This document shows, one piece after another, positions 1-8,574 of a stretch of DNA of 64,000 nucleotides. The position numbers and the translations under genes are program-made. This stretch comes from Planctomycetota bacterium (lineage in GTDB: Bacteria > Planctomycetota > UBA1135 > UBA2386). Below the pieces are notes generated by a model, which was given only the letters and a program-made list of their open reading frames with translations, was not told where the DNA came from and made no database searches. Each line of letters opens with the position of its first letter. The first letter of the stretch is position 1. The stretch spans positions 698-64,697 of the forward strand of contig DASUFY010000074.1 of NCBI GenBank assembly GCA_036274315.1. Reading direction: 5' to 3'.

Positions 1-410
1 GGTCGCGGCGATCGAACCGCATCTCGAGCTCGTGTCGGTGCGTTCGGCCGAGTTCCGCGACACGCCCGAGCCGGCGATGGCGTGGATCTGCCTGTCGCGC
101 CGTCGTGCGGTCGCGGCGCAGCCTTCGAGCCGGCACGCCTGACGCCGGCGCGTTCGCGCCGATGTCGTCGGCGACCCGGCTCGGTGCCGATCCTGATCCT
201 CGGCAACAGCGACACGAACTGGCAGGGCGCGCCGCTGCCGCTCGACCTCGGTGCGATCGGGTTGGGGGGGTTGCGACCTGCGGGTCAGCGTCGAACTCGC
301 GTTCCTGCTCGTGAACCTCGGCGGCCAGGCCGACTGGTCGTTCGCCGTGCCGGCCGACCCGATGCTGCCCGGAGCGTCGGCCGGGCGCGCGCACCGCGCG
401 ACCGCCGCCG
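1..410 (+). pseudogene. 3' relic of a secreted-protein gene carrying the recurrent C-terminal module; frame is broken at a G7 run and the module is truncated
   Basis: Frame 1 reads ...PILILGNSDTNWQGAPLPLDLGAIGLGG. Frame 2 continues GCDLRVSVELAFLLVNLGGQADWSFAVPADPMLPGAS. Removing one G from 264-270 gives LGAIGLGGCDL, the LG(F/M)xGCxL core seen in six other proteins here. The expected Q...S..L.L.IG tail is absent in all frames before the convergent gene's stop at 411. The 5' end lies outside the window. Confidence 0.4.
264..270. repeat. G7 homopolymer at the frameshift point of the relic gene
   Basis: The sequence gttgggggggttgc has seven consecutive G. The reading frame of the conserved motif switches exactly here. 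Confidence 0.9.
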
Positions 411-2597
411 TCAGCGGATGCGCAGGTGCAGGCCGTAGGTCGTCAGCGCGCCGCCCGCGTTGCTGCCCGGCGCGAAGTAGAGCCACTGCGCGAACAGGTC
501 GGCGGCCGGCACCGACTCCGGCAGCGGCACCTGGATCTCGGCCGAACCGCCCGCACCCGTGACCGCCGCGATCGCCTCGATCCAGCCGGCACCGAGGTCG
601 ACGAGCAGCGTGCAGCCCGTGAAGCCGAGCGAGTCGAGCGGCAGGGAGCCGCTGCCCAGCGACAGACCGACCAGCGCGAGCTGGTTGCCGGGCGCGTTCT
701 CGAGCCGCAACGACGCGAACTCGTTGCCGCGCAGCCAGCGGCCGCCGACGACCGCCGTGGCGCTGCCGCACGCGGGCGCGCCGTAGTAGCTGACGGCGTC
801 GTTGGGGTGCGTGACGACGCGACCCCAGACGTCGCCGTAGGTGGGCTCCAGCATGACGTAGACGGTCTGGAACCAGCCGTGCTCGGGGTCGTAGGCGACG
901 GCGGCGGGGCCCGGCGTCATCGGCGCGATCGGCCCCTGCACCGACTCGGTGCGCAGCACGCGCCCCGTCATGCCGAGCATGCGCGACCGGAGCTCGCCGG
1001 TAGTGGTGTCCGCCACCAGGCTGAGCCAGTGCGAACGTGTCGCCGGATCGACCGCGAGGTCCCTGGCCAGCAGCACGGGCTGGCTCATGGCGACGAGTTC
1101 CTGCGACGCCAGCGCCTGCGGCGCCGCGGCGAGCACGCCCCAGCTGAACCGGCGCGAACGCACTCGCTGCGCCATGCCGTCGGCGGGCAGGCCGCTCACC
1201 GTGTTCTGATCTCGTTCGCCGTAGGTCAACAGGAACTCGGCGCCGCGCCCGTCGACGAGCGGCGCGACCTCGTGCACCGGCAACGACGAACGGTCGCTGA
1301 GCAGCGACGCGCTCGACACGGTCCCTCCGGTCGTGACGCGCTTGGCGACGATGCGGTACTCGGGCACCAGCGTCGAGCCGCTCTGCCAGGCGACGACCCA
1401 TTGCAGGCCGCCGGCGTCGCGCGACACGCTCGGCGCCTTCGCCGTGGTGAACAGGCCGGCGCCGAACGAGAACTGCGTGGTCACGAAGTGCGTCTGCAGG
1501 TCGTAGATCTGGCCGGCCACCGTCGTGCTCCCGCCGAGCGTACGCTCGCAGACCACGAGCACGCCCGCGGCGACCCCCGAGAGGCTGCCGCCCAGACGCG
1601 GCTTGCGATCGGTTGCGCCAGCCGGCTGCCCGAGCTGCACGAGGTTGTTGTCGTAGCCGAGATCGGTGACGGCCCGCGTGTGCAGGAAGCACGCGTTCGC
1701 GCTCTGGCGCGTGAACGCGACGACCCAGTTCTGGCCGCCGTTGGCGGCGACCACGTCGATGTCGAGGATGTGGTCGTTCACCGCGCCGATGGCGTGCAGG
1801 AACTCGAACGACGACAAGTCCGCGGTGGCGGCGTCGACGATCAGGTCGGTCTCGGCGGTCGACCAGTCCAGCTTCGTGACGATGCACGCCGGGTACTGCA
1901 CGTTCGCCGAGGTGTAGGCGACGCGCACGTCGGTGTACGACCAGGCGAGCACGGTGGTCGGTGCGAGCAGCGGATCGACGGTCAGCGGGTAGCGCGCGTT
2001 CGCGAGCAGCGCCGCGGGCAGTTCGATCGCGATGCGTCCGCCGTCGCTGCTGGTCATGAGCGGCGTGCGCACGCCGTCGGCGTCGATCGCGACCGCGGCG
2101 CCGTAGCGGGCCCGCACCTGCCCCGACGGATCGCGCAGCACGAGCGGGCCGTGTGCGGCGCCGCGCGCCTCCGCGTGCAGCGCGCCGTCGACGGCGCCGA
2201 CGATGCGCAGGTCGCCGCGCACTTGCGGCGGGTTCGCGAACACGAAGCTCTGCTCGAGCCCTTCGGTGCGCACGTCGTAGCGTTCGGTCGCGAAGCCGAG
2301 GTCGATGTCGCAGCCGTAACCGTGCGCCTCGGGCCCGTGCGGCGCGGCGACCAGGCCCTGGCCGTCGGCCGCGAACAGGCCGAGCGTGCGCCAGCGGAAC
2401 GGCAGCGACGGTGTGTCGGCATCGACGTGCGGCGTGAACGTCACGCCGTCGGCGAAGCGCACCTTGTAGTCGTGGCCAGCGGCCCAGAGGCCTTGGGCAT
2501 CGCCGGCGAGCGGCGTGACCGGCACGTGGGGCGGCGGCAGCTGCAGCTGCGCGGCGAGAGGAACGGTGAACAACAGGGGCAGGAGCGAACGGTTCAT
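411..2597 (-). CDS. secreted protein (728 aa), full-length paralog of the 26715..29051 product, ending in the recurrent C-terminal module
   Basis: ORF 411..2921 was trimmed to ATG 2597, giving the signal peptide MNRSLLPLLFTVPLAAQ. Blocks GLWAAGHDYKVRF, ERYDVRTEGLEQSFVF and IAIELPAALLANARYPLTVDPL match GLWAATAAYKVSF, ETWDVRDDGLEQSFVV and VVELRVPAAWLATARFPVVVDPL of the paralog. The C-terminus is LPLDSLGFTGCTLLV...FAQWLYF...GLHLRIR. No named family recognised. Confidence 0.85.
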   Translation of the reverse strand: MNRSLLPLLFTVPLAAQLQLPPPHVPVTPLAGDAQGLWAAGHDYKVRFADGVTFTPHVDADTPSLPFRWRTLGLFAADGQGLVAAPHGPEAHGYGCDIDLGFATERYDVRTEGLEQSFVFANPPQVRGDLRIVGAVDGALHAEARGAAHGPLVLRDPSGQVRARYGAAVAIDADGVRTPLMTSSDGGRIAIELPAALLANARYPLTVDPLLAPTTVLAWSYTDVRVAYTSANVQYPACIVTKLDWSTAETDLIVDAATADLSSFEFLHAIGAVNDHILDIDVVAANGGQNWVVAFTRQSANACFLHTRAVTDLGYDNNLVQLGQPAGATDRKPRLGGSLSGVAAGVLVVCERTLGGSTTVAGQIYDLQTHFVTTQFSFGAGLFTTAKAPSVSRDAGGLQWVVAWQSGSTLVPEYRIVAKRVTTGGTVSSASLLSDRSSLPVHEVAPLVDGRGAEFLLTYGERDQNTVSGLPADGMAQRVRSRRFSWGVLAAAPQALASQELVAMSQPVLLARDLAVDPATRSHWLSLVADTTTGELRSRMLGMTGRVLRTESVQGPIAPMTPGPAAVAYDPEHGWFQTVYVMLEPTYGDVWGRVVTHPNDAVSYYGAPACGSATAVVGGRWLRGNEFASLRLENAPGNQLALVGLSLGSGSLPLDSLGFTGCTLLVDLGAGWIEAIAAVTGAGGSAEIQVPLPESVPAADLFAQWLYFAPGSNAGGALTTYGLHLRIR

Positions 2598-2668
2598 GCC
2601 GTTGCCAGGATCGTGGCCGCGCGTTCGGGACACCGCGGCGCCGGTTTTCCGGAGCGGCGGGCGGGAAC

Positions 2669-3133
2669 TCAACTCCGCCGCGTGACCTTCGCCAGCAACA
2701 ACGCGGCGATCGGCACCACTGCGACGCCCACCCACAACGCCACGAGCGCCCAGGCGAACCCCGCTCCCGGTGACGCGATCTGTGGACGCTCGGGCGACAG
2801 TACGCGCCCGCAGTGGCCGACCAGTGCCACGGCGAAGGCGCCGCTCGACAACGCGCCGGCGACCACGAGCGGGAAGCGCCAGCGACGCAGCGGCACACCG
2901 CGTCCGACCACCGCGAGGCACGCCACCAACACGGACGCCGCCGTTGCGAGCCGACTCCTCTCGATCTGCCCGTCGACGAGCATGACGACCGCCAACACGG
3001 CGACCACGACCGCCGCTGCGCTGACCACGGGCCGCCCCTGGCCGACCGCGGGTCGTCGGCCACCCGCGACGTCGCGTTCGGAGTTCACGGCTGCAGCGTA
3101 TCTCGAGTTGCCGTGAGGCGACGACCTGCGCAT
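2669..3133 (-). CDS. small hypothetical membrane protein (about 154 aa)
   Basis: ORF 2669..3175 was trimmed to ATG 3133, one nt after the upstream gene's stop (3135-3137). It has four hydrophobic stretches, e.g. VVVAVLAVVMLV, VLVACLAVVG and FAWALVALWVGVAVVPIAALLLA. No family recognised, and it could be a GC-frame artefact. Confidence 0.45.
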   Translation of the reverse strand: MRRSSPHGNSRYAAAVNSERDVAGGRRPAVGQGRPVVSAAAVVVAVLAVVMLVDGQIERSRLATAASVLVACLAVVGRGVPLRRWRFPLVVAGALSSGAFAVALVGHCGRVLSPERPQIASPGAGFAWALVALWVGVAVVPIAALLLAKVTRRS

Positions 3134-3134
3134 C

Positions 3135-3950
3135 TCACGCCGCGCGCGCACGTTTGCTGCGGCGCGGACGGCCATTGCCGGCGCCGCCGCCGCCGCCGCG
3201 GCGCCACTGCCGCACGGCCTCGCGCAGCGCTTCGCGCTCGTGCGCGGTCAGCGGCCGCAGCTGCCCCGCGGCGAGTTCGCCGAGCTCGACCGGTCCGACG
3301 GCGATGCGGTGCAGGCGCACGACCGTGCGGCCGATCGCCGCCGCCATCCTGCGGATCTGACGGTTCCGCCCTTCGCGGAGCTCCATGATCACGCGCCGGC
3401 CGCCGGCGCCGGGCACGGGCCGCGCGCGCACCGGCCGCAGCTCGGTGCGATCGGGCAGGCGCATGCCAGCCCGGAACGGCGCCAGCTCGGCGTCGCTGAC
3501 GGCGCGATCGAAGGTCACGTCGTAGACCTTCGCCAGTGCCGAGCCGGTGAGCGCCGCGCCGAGCCCGGTGTCGTTGGTCAGCACCAACAGGCCGCTGCTG
3601 TCGCGGTCGAGGCGACCGACCGGGAACAACCACGGCAGATCGGCGGGCAGCAGGTCGTAGATCGTGCGGCGGCCGCGCTCGTCGGCCCGCGTCGTCACGA
3701 CATCGACGGGCTTGTGGAACGCGAACGCGGCCGGTGCTCGGCGCCGCGCCGGCTCGCCGTCGAGCGCGATGCCGCGGTCGGGATCGACCCAGCGATCCGG
3801 ATCGCGGCAGATCCGTCCGTCGACGGCGACGCGCCCGGCCGCGATCGCGGCCCGCGCCAGGCTCCTCGACAACACGCCGAGCTTGCTCAGCGCGCGCGCG
3901 AGGGTGACGCGGTGCGAGGATGCGGGGACGGGACGACGCGGGGCCGCCAT
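3135..3950 (-). CDS. rRNA pseudouridine synthase, RsuA/RluB/RluE/RluF family
   Basis: 271 aa. It has an N-terminal S4-like RNA-binding segment (RVTLARALSKLGVLSRSLARAAIAAGRVAVDG). The synthase core follows, with the catalytic-Asp motif PVGRLDRDSSGLLVLTND and REGRNRQIRRM. Confidence 0.9.
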   Translation of the reverse strand: MAAPRRPVPASSHRVTLARALSKLGVLSRSLARAAIAAGRVAVDGRICRDPDRWVDPDRGIALDGEPARRRAPAAFAFHKPVDVVTTRADERGRRTIYDLLPADLPWLFPVGRLDRDSSGLLVLTNDTGLGAALTGSALAKVYDVTFDRAVSDAELAPFRAGMRLPDRTELRPVRARPVPGAGGRRVIMELREGRNRQIRRMAAAIGRTVVRLHRIAVGPVELGELAAGQLRPLTAHEREALREAVRQWRRGGGGGAGNGRPRRSKRARAA

Positions 3951-4142
3951 GCGAGCGGAACACTACGCGAACGGCGCCGCAGGTGCGCGGCGAGCGGCCG
4001 TGGATCAACCTGCCCTGACCGATGCACCGGCCGTCGGTTGCAACCGCGGCCGTTTCGAAGGAGCCTTCCAGGGGACGCAAGAGGAAACCGTGCTCCCGCC
4101 TGCATCCGGTCGTCGCGATCGCGGGAAGAGAATGGCACCGCG

Positions 4143-7100
4143 ATGTCCCGCTCGGTCGAACACGAACTGCTGCTGCACACCGCCGCCCTGCGGCGCCTCG
4201 CCCGGCAGCTGGTCGGGGCCCAGCACGCCGACGACCTGGTGCAGGACACGGCCCTGCTCGCGCTGCAGACGACGCCGCGGCGGCCGGGGCCGCTCGGCGG
4301 CTGGCTCCGTGGCATCGTGCGCCACCTGGCCATGCACCACCGCCGCGGCGAACTTCGCCGGCGCGCGCGCGAACTGGCGCAGGCGCGGCCCGAAGAGGTG
4401 CCACCCGACCGTTCGGTCGCCGAACGGGACACGCTGCGGCGCCTGAGCGAGGCCGTGTTGTCGCTGCCGGAGCCGTATGGCCAGGTGCTGCTGCAGCGCT
4501 ACCTGCGCGAACGATCGCCGCAGCAGATCGCGCGCGCGAGCGGCGTGCCGCTGGCGACGGTCAAGAGCCAGCTGCAGCGCGGCCTGCAACTGCTGCGCGA
4601 ACGGCTGCAGCGAGACGGCGGCGACTGGCGCGCGGCGCTGGTGGCCGGGTTCGGCATCGAACACGCGCTGCCGATCGCGGCCGCGACGACCTCGGGAGTG
4701 TTGCTCATGTCGACGATGGCCAAGTGGGCCGCCGCGGCCGCGGTGCTGCTGGCGGCGTCGGGTGGACTGTGGTGGGCGCTGCGACCACCGATGCCGGCGG
4801 TGCGCGAGCCGGTCGACGCGATGTCCGTTGCCGCGGCCGGCACCGAAGCGGGAGCGGCGAGGCCGACCGCGGGCACGATCGGGCCGGTGCCGGCCGCGTT
4901 GCAGCGCGTTGCGGCGCCGCCCGCGCCGGCGCGAGGCAACGGCGCCGTGCTGCGCGGCCGTTGCGTCGATGACCATGGGCCGCTGGCCGGCGTCGCCGTC
5001 GAACTGCACGGCGCCCGCGCCGAGGGCACGGCCGACGAGTCGATCGACCTGCACGCGGCCACCGGCGCCGATGGCAGCTTCGCCTTCACGTTCGCTCCCG
5101 TGACCGGACAGTCCTTCCGCCTGCAGCTCCAGGCCGAGGAAATGGCGGACTCGGAGGCCACGTGGAACCACATCGCGGCCGATGCCACCATCGATCTCGG
5201 CGACGTGCTGCTGCTGCGTGCGGTCGCCGTGCGCGGCAGGGTCTTCGACGAACAGGGTGCGCCCGTGCCGGGCACGTCGGTGCACCTGCGCCGCGGCGAC
5301 CGCGACGACGGACCGGCGCGGCCGCGCCCCTACCAATCGGCGACGACCCGCGACGACGGCACGTTCGCGTGCGGGTTCGGCCTGGCGAGCGGAAGCTGGC
5401 AAGCCGACGTGCAGGCGCGCGAACTGGTGGCCGATGGCACTGTGCTGCTGCAGGCTCCGGCCGCCGATCTGCGACTCGTCGTGCGCACCGTGAGCGCATC
5501 GCACACGATCGCCGGCGTCGCCACGGACGAAACGGGGGCGCCGCTGGCCAGAGTGGCGATCCGAACCGTCCCGACCCGCGATGGGGCGCTGCACAGGACG
5601 CGGCGCGACGGCAGCTTCGAGCTGATCCGCGGGCGGGACGCCGGCGACGAGCCCGTCCGGCTCGCGTTCGAGAAGCCCGGCTACGAGACCGAAGAGACCG
5701 AAGCGGTCGCCTGGGGCAGCCGCGACCTGCGCGTCGTGCTGCACGCCAACGGCGGGCAGATCGTGCACGTCGTTCGCCTCGACGACGGCGCGCCGGTCGA
5801 GCACTGCACGCTGCACGCGCTGTGGCTCGCGCAACCGGGCGCCGCCCACAGCAACGAGAACCACGCGACCGTGCGCGGACCCTTTGCTCGAGGCCGCGCG
5901 GTCCTGCACCTGCGCAGCGGCGAGTACCGGCTGCTCGTCGAGCCCGACGACGCGCAGCTCGACTGCAGCGAGCTGTTGCCGTTCACCGTCGCGGGAGCCG
6001 ATGCCTCGACCGTCGTGCGGTTGCCGCCGCGGCTCGAACGGCGCGTCCGCGTGCAGTACCGGGACGGCTCACCGGTCGCCGGCGCACTCGTGCAGCGCTG
6101 CCTGCCACCGCTGCGGCCCGAACGCTTCCTCGATGTGTGCATGCCCCTGGACCCGTGGCTGCTCCAGGCCAACTGGGACAACGTGTCGCTGCGGCTCGAA
6201 GCCGGCATCACGGACGATCGAGGCGAGCTGCTGCTGCACGGCAGCTGCGGTCGCAGCGACACCCTGGTGCTGCCGGGCCCGGGACACGCGCCGTGCGGGG
6301 TGCCGTTCGGAGTCGAGGGCGACGGGCCGCAAGTGATCACCGTCGCCGCCGGCGCGCACCTGCGCGGCCGATGCACGCCGCCCGCCAGCGTGGCGGCGCT
6401 GCGCGCGCCGGCGCTGCGGCTGCGCGGCGATGGGGCGGCCAGATTCCCCGATCTGGATCGACCGCCGATCGCGATCGATGCCGAAGGTCGCTTCGACGTC
6501 GAGGGAGCACCGCCCGGCGCGTGGCGCATCGAACTGCGGCTGACGACGGTCAACGACGGTGGCGGCACGTTCACGTCCGGAGTGCCGGTCGGTCGCGTCG
6601 ATCTGCGCGAGGGCGAGACGGCGTTCGCGACGGTCGACCTGGCGCCGCTGCAGTGCGAGGAGGGCACGCTCGACGTCATGGTGCTGCACAACGGCGAGCC
6701 GTTGCGCAACGCCTTCGTGATGCCCATGGCGGTCGCGGCACCGGACAGCGTCAGCCTCGCCGGCCGCGCATCGTGGACGAGCCGCATCGACGCCGAGGGA
6801 CACATGCACAGCGAGCGCTGGCAGGGTCGCTACCGGTTGCTGTGGAGTCCGAAAGGCGTGCAAGGGCCAGACGCGCGCAGCCTGCGCGCGGACGAGATCC
6901 TGGAGGTCGTGCCGGGGCAGACGACGAAGGGCACGGTGCACTTCCGCAGCGGCACGCTGCGCGTGCACGTTCGCGATGCCGCGCAACGACCGCTGCCCGG
7001 CATCGCGGTCGAGCTCGTCGATGCGACCGGCGAGTGGTGCGCGACGCTGCCGCCAACCGACCGCGACGGCGCGGCCGAGCAGCTCGTCGAAGCCGGAACG

Positions 7101-7283
7101 TTCACGTGCCGCGCGCTGCCGGCGGAGCTGCTGGCGCAGAATCCGCAGCGCGCATCGCAACGCCCGCGGCAGCACGGCGAGGACCCACTGGCGCCGTCGC
7201 TGCTGCCCCTCGGCGAGGTGCTCGTGCAGCAGGGGGCCACGACGCAGGTGGTGTTGCAGCTGCCGCCGGCGAAGCCGCACTGA
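4143..7283 (+). CDS. ECF sigma-70 domain fused to a TM helix and a roughly 800-aa repeat ectodomain (1046 aa)
   Basis: ORF 3240..7283 was trimmed to ATG 4143 (MSRSVEHELLL). It has sigma region 2 (ADDLVQDTALLAL) and the region 4 HTH (SPQQIARASGVPLATVKSQLQRGLQLLRERL). A hydrophobic helix WAAAAAVLLAASGGLWWAL follows. After that come repeated units such as LRGRCVDDHGPLAGVAVEL...GADGSFAFTF and VRGRVFDEQGAPVPGTSVHL...RDDGTFACGF, a carboxypeptidase-regulatory-like beta-sandwich pattern. Confidence 0.85.
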   Translation: MSRSVEHELLLHTAALRRLARQLVGAQHADDLVQDTALLALQTTPRRPGPLGGWLRGIVRHLAMHHRRGELRRRARELAQARPEEVPPDRSVAERDTLRRLSEAVLSLPEPYGQVLLQRYLRERSPQQIARASGVPLATVKSQLQRGLQLLRERLQRDGGDWRAALVAGFGIEHALPIAAATTSGVLLMSTMAKWAAAAAVLLAASGGLWWALRPPMPAVREPVDAMSVAAAGTEAGAARPTAGTIGPVPAALQRVAAPPAPARGNGAVLRGRCVDDHGPLAGVAVELHGARAEGTADESIDLHAATGADGSFAFTFAPVTGQSFRLQLQAEEMADSEATWNHIAADATIDLGDVLLLRAVAVRGRVFDEQGAPVPGTSVHLRRGDRDDGPARPRPYQSATTRDDGTFACGFGLASGSWQADVQARELVADGTVLLQAPAADLRLVVRTVSASHTIAGVATDETGAPLARVAIRTVPTRDGALHRTRRDGSFELIRGRDAGDEPVRLAFEKPGYETEETEAVAWGSRDLRVVLHANGGQIVHVVRLDDGAPVEHCTLHALWLAQPGAAHSNENHATVRGPFARGRAVLHLRSGEYRLLVEPDDAQLDCSELLPFTVAGADASTVVRLPPRLERRVRVQYRDGSPVAGALVQRCLPPLRPERFLDVCMPLDPWLLQANWDNVSLRLEAGITDDRGELLLHGSCGRSDTLVLPGPGHAPCGVPFGVEGDGPQVITVAAGAHLRGRCTPPASVAALRAPALRLRGDGAARFPDLDRPPIAIDAEGRFDVEGAPPGAWRIELRLTTVNDGGGTFTSGVPVGRVDLREGETAFATVDLAPLQCEEGTLDVMVLHNGEPLRNAFVMPMAVAAPDSVSLAGRASWTSRIDAEGHMHSERWQGRYRLLWSPKGVQGPDARSLRADEILEVVPGQTTKGTVHFRSGTLRVHVRDAAQRPLPGIAVELVDATGEWCATLPPTDRDGAAEQLVEAGTFTCRALPAELLAQNPQRASQRPRQHGEDPLAPSLLPLGEVLVQQGATTQVVLQLPPAKPH

Positions 7284-7413
7284 CCGCGCGTCGTCGGGGC
7301 TCGGGGAGACATGTTCCCGCGCCTCGACGCAAAGCGGATCCGCGGTTGCAACGCCGACGACGCAGGTCGACACTGGGCTCGTTCGATGTCCTCCGTATCG
7401 AGGAGCCGGTGAC

Positions 7414-8163
7414 GTGAAGCTGAGCCGCTGCTGTCGGGGCGCCGTGCTCCTGTGTGGTGTCGTTGCATGGACCGCGTGCGCCGCGCCGCGCACGGCGTCT
7501 GCCCCGCCCGTTGCGCGGCGAGCTGCGCCTGCCGAACCGCCCCGATGGCAATTCGAGGTCGAACCGTACGTGTGGCTGCCCAGCACGGCGGGCACCGGTT
7601 CGACCGACACGACGCCACCGCTGCAGATCGACCTGGTCGGAGAACTCGACGCGGCCTTCCCTCTGGCGGTCGGTGCCAGGTCCCCCGACGGCAGGTTCGA
7701 GGTGCTCGCCGACGGCTTCTACGTGCGACTGAAGGACGACGAGGGCCCGCTGCGCACGACCACCCAGGCGGCGATGGTCGAGAGCGGAGTCGCCGTCGCG
7801 CTCGACGAGGCAAGGCACTTCAGTGCCTTGGTCGGCGTGCGGTACGTGGACGTCAGCTACGACGTGAGCCTGGGCGCGCTCGCCGGGAGCGCGGGCGCGG
7901 ATTGGGTCGATCCATGGATCGGGGCCCGCGCGGTCTTCGCGCTCGACGACACATGGTCCGTCCGCGCGCGCGGCGATGTCGGCGGCTTCGGCGTCGGGAC
8001 CGAGTTCAGCTGGCAGGCGATGGCCTTCGTGGGCGTCGCCGTCTCGAAGAGCGTCGCGTTCGACTTCGGCTACCGCGCCATCGGGATCGACTACCAGGGC
8101 AGCGGCCTGGACTACGAAGTCGTGTTCCACGGCCCGATCATCGGCCTCGTCGTGTCGTTCTGA
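7414..8163 (+). CDS. outer-membrane beta-barrel protein (249 aa), possibly a lipoprotein
   Basis: GTG 7414 is preceded by AGGAG at 7401-7405. The signal is KLSRCCRGAVLLCGVVAWTAC. Alternating beta-strand pattern is present (WSVRARGDVGGFGVGTEFSWQAMAFVGVAVSKSVAFDFGYRAIGIDY). The C-terminus GLVVSF ends in Phe. Confidence 0.7.
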   Translation: MKLSRCCRGAVLLCGVVAWTACAAPRTASAPPVARRAAPAEPPRWQFEVEPYVWLPSTAGTGSTDTTPPLQIDLVGELDAAFPLAVGARSPDGRFEVLADGFYVRLKDDEGPLRTTTQAAMVESGVAVALDEARHFSALVGVRYVDVSYDVSLGALAGSAGADWVDPWIGARAVFALDDTWSVRARGDVGGFGVGTEFSWQAMAFVGVAVSKSVAFDFGYRAIGIDYQGSGLDYEVVFHGPIIGLVVSF

Positions 8164-8281
8164 CGCCGCGCCCGCGGGGCCCGCGGCATGGTCGTGGCGC
8201 GAGGGGAACACACAGGTTCCGCGCCGTGGCGGCGGACCGGTGATCGCGCGGCGCTCCTCCGCGCGGCCCGCTGCTTGCACG

Positions 8282-8518
8282 GTGAATCTTGTCCCGAAGA
8301 CCCTGTCGAGTCCTCTCATCTCACGCTCCGTTCGCTCGAGCCTCGGCTCGCTGTCCGTTGTCTGCCTGCTCGCCGCCTCCGCCCGCGCGCAGTGCTCGCC
8401 ACAGTGGCTGCCCGGCGGCGGCACGCCGGGCACCGACCAGACCGTGCGCGCGTTGACGGTCTGGGATCCCGAGTTCAGCAGCACCAACGCGCTGACGCTG
8501 ACGGTCGGCACCTGGTGA
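8282..8518 (+). pseudogene. orphan N-terminal stub: signal peptide plus about 40 mature residues, ended by TGA
   Basis: GTG 8282 gives ...SLGSLSVVCLLAASARAQCSPQWLPGGGTPGTDQTVRALTVWDPEFSSTNALTLTVGTW*. This is protein-like and signal-bearing but only 78 codons long. Sequence after the stop is nonsense in this frame, and the next gene brings its own signal peptide. Confidence 0.3.
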
Positions 8519-8574
8519 GCGCGGGCGCGGCCCGAGGGTGGGGTCCGATCCCTACCCAGGCGACGAGCAACCGT

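Noticed and set aside
426-3116. Very long ORFs in alternative frames or on the antisense strand. Examples are 426..3116(+), 10259..12439(+), 23061..25991(-), 37525..40731(-), 49970..54916(+) and 57826..61458(+).
   Set aside because: Their translations are Arg/Ala/Gly/Pro-dominated with no motifs. Each is fully overlapped by an ORF with recognisable domains or signal peptides on the other strand or frame. This is the expected artefact of roughly 70% GC DNA, where stop codons are rare.
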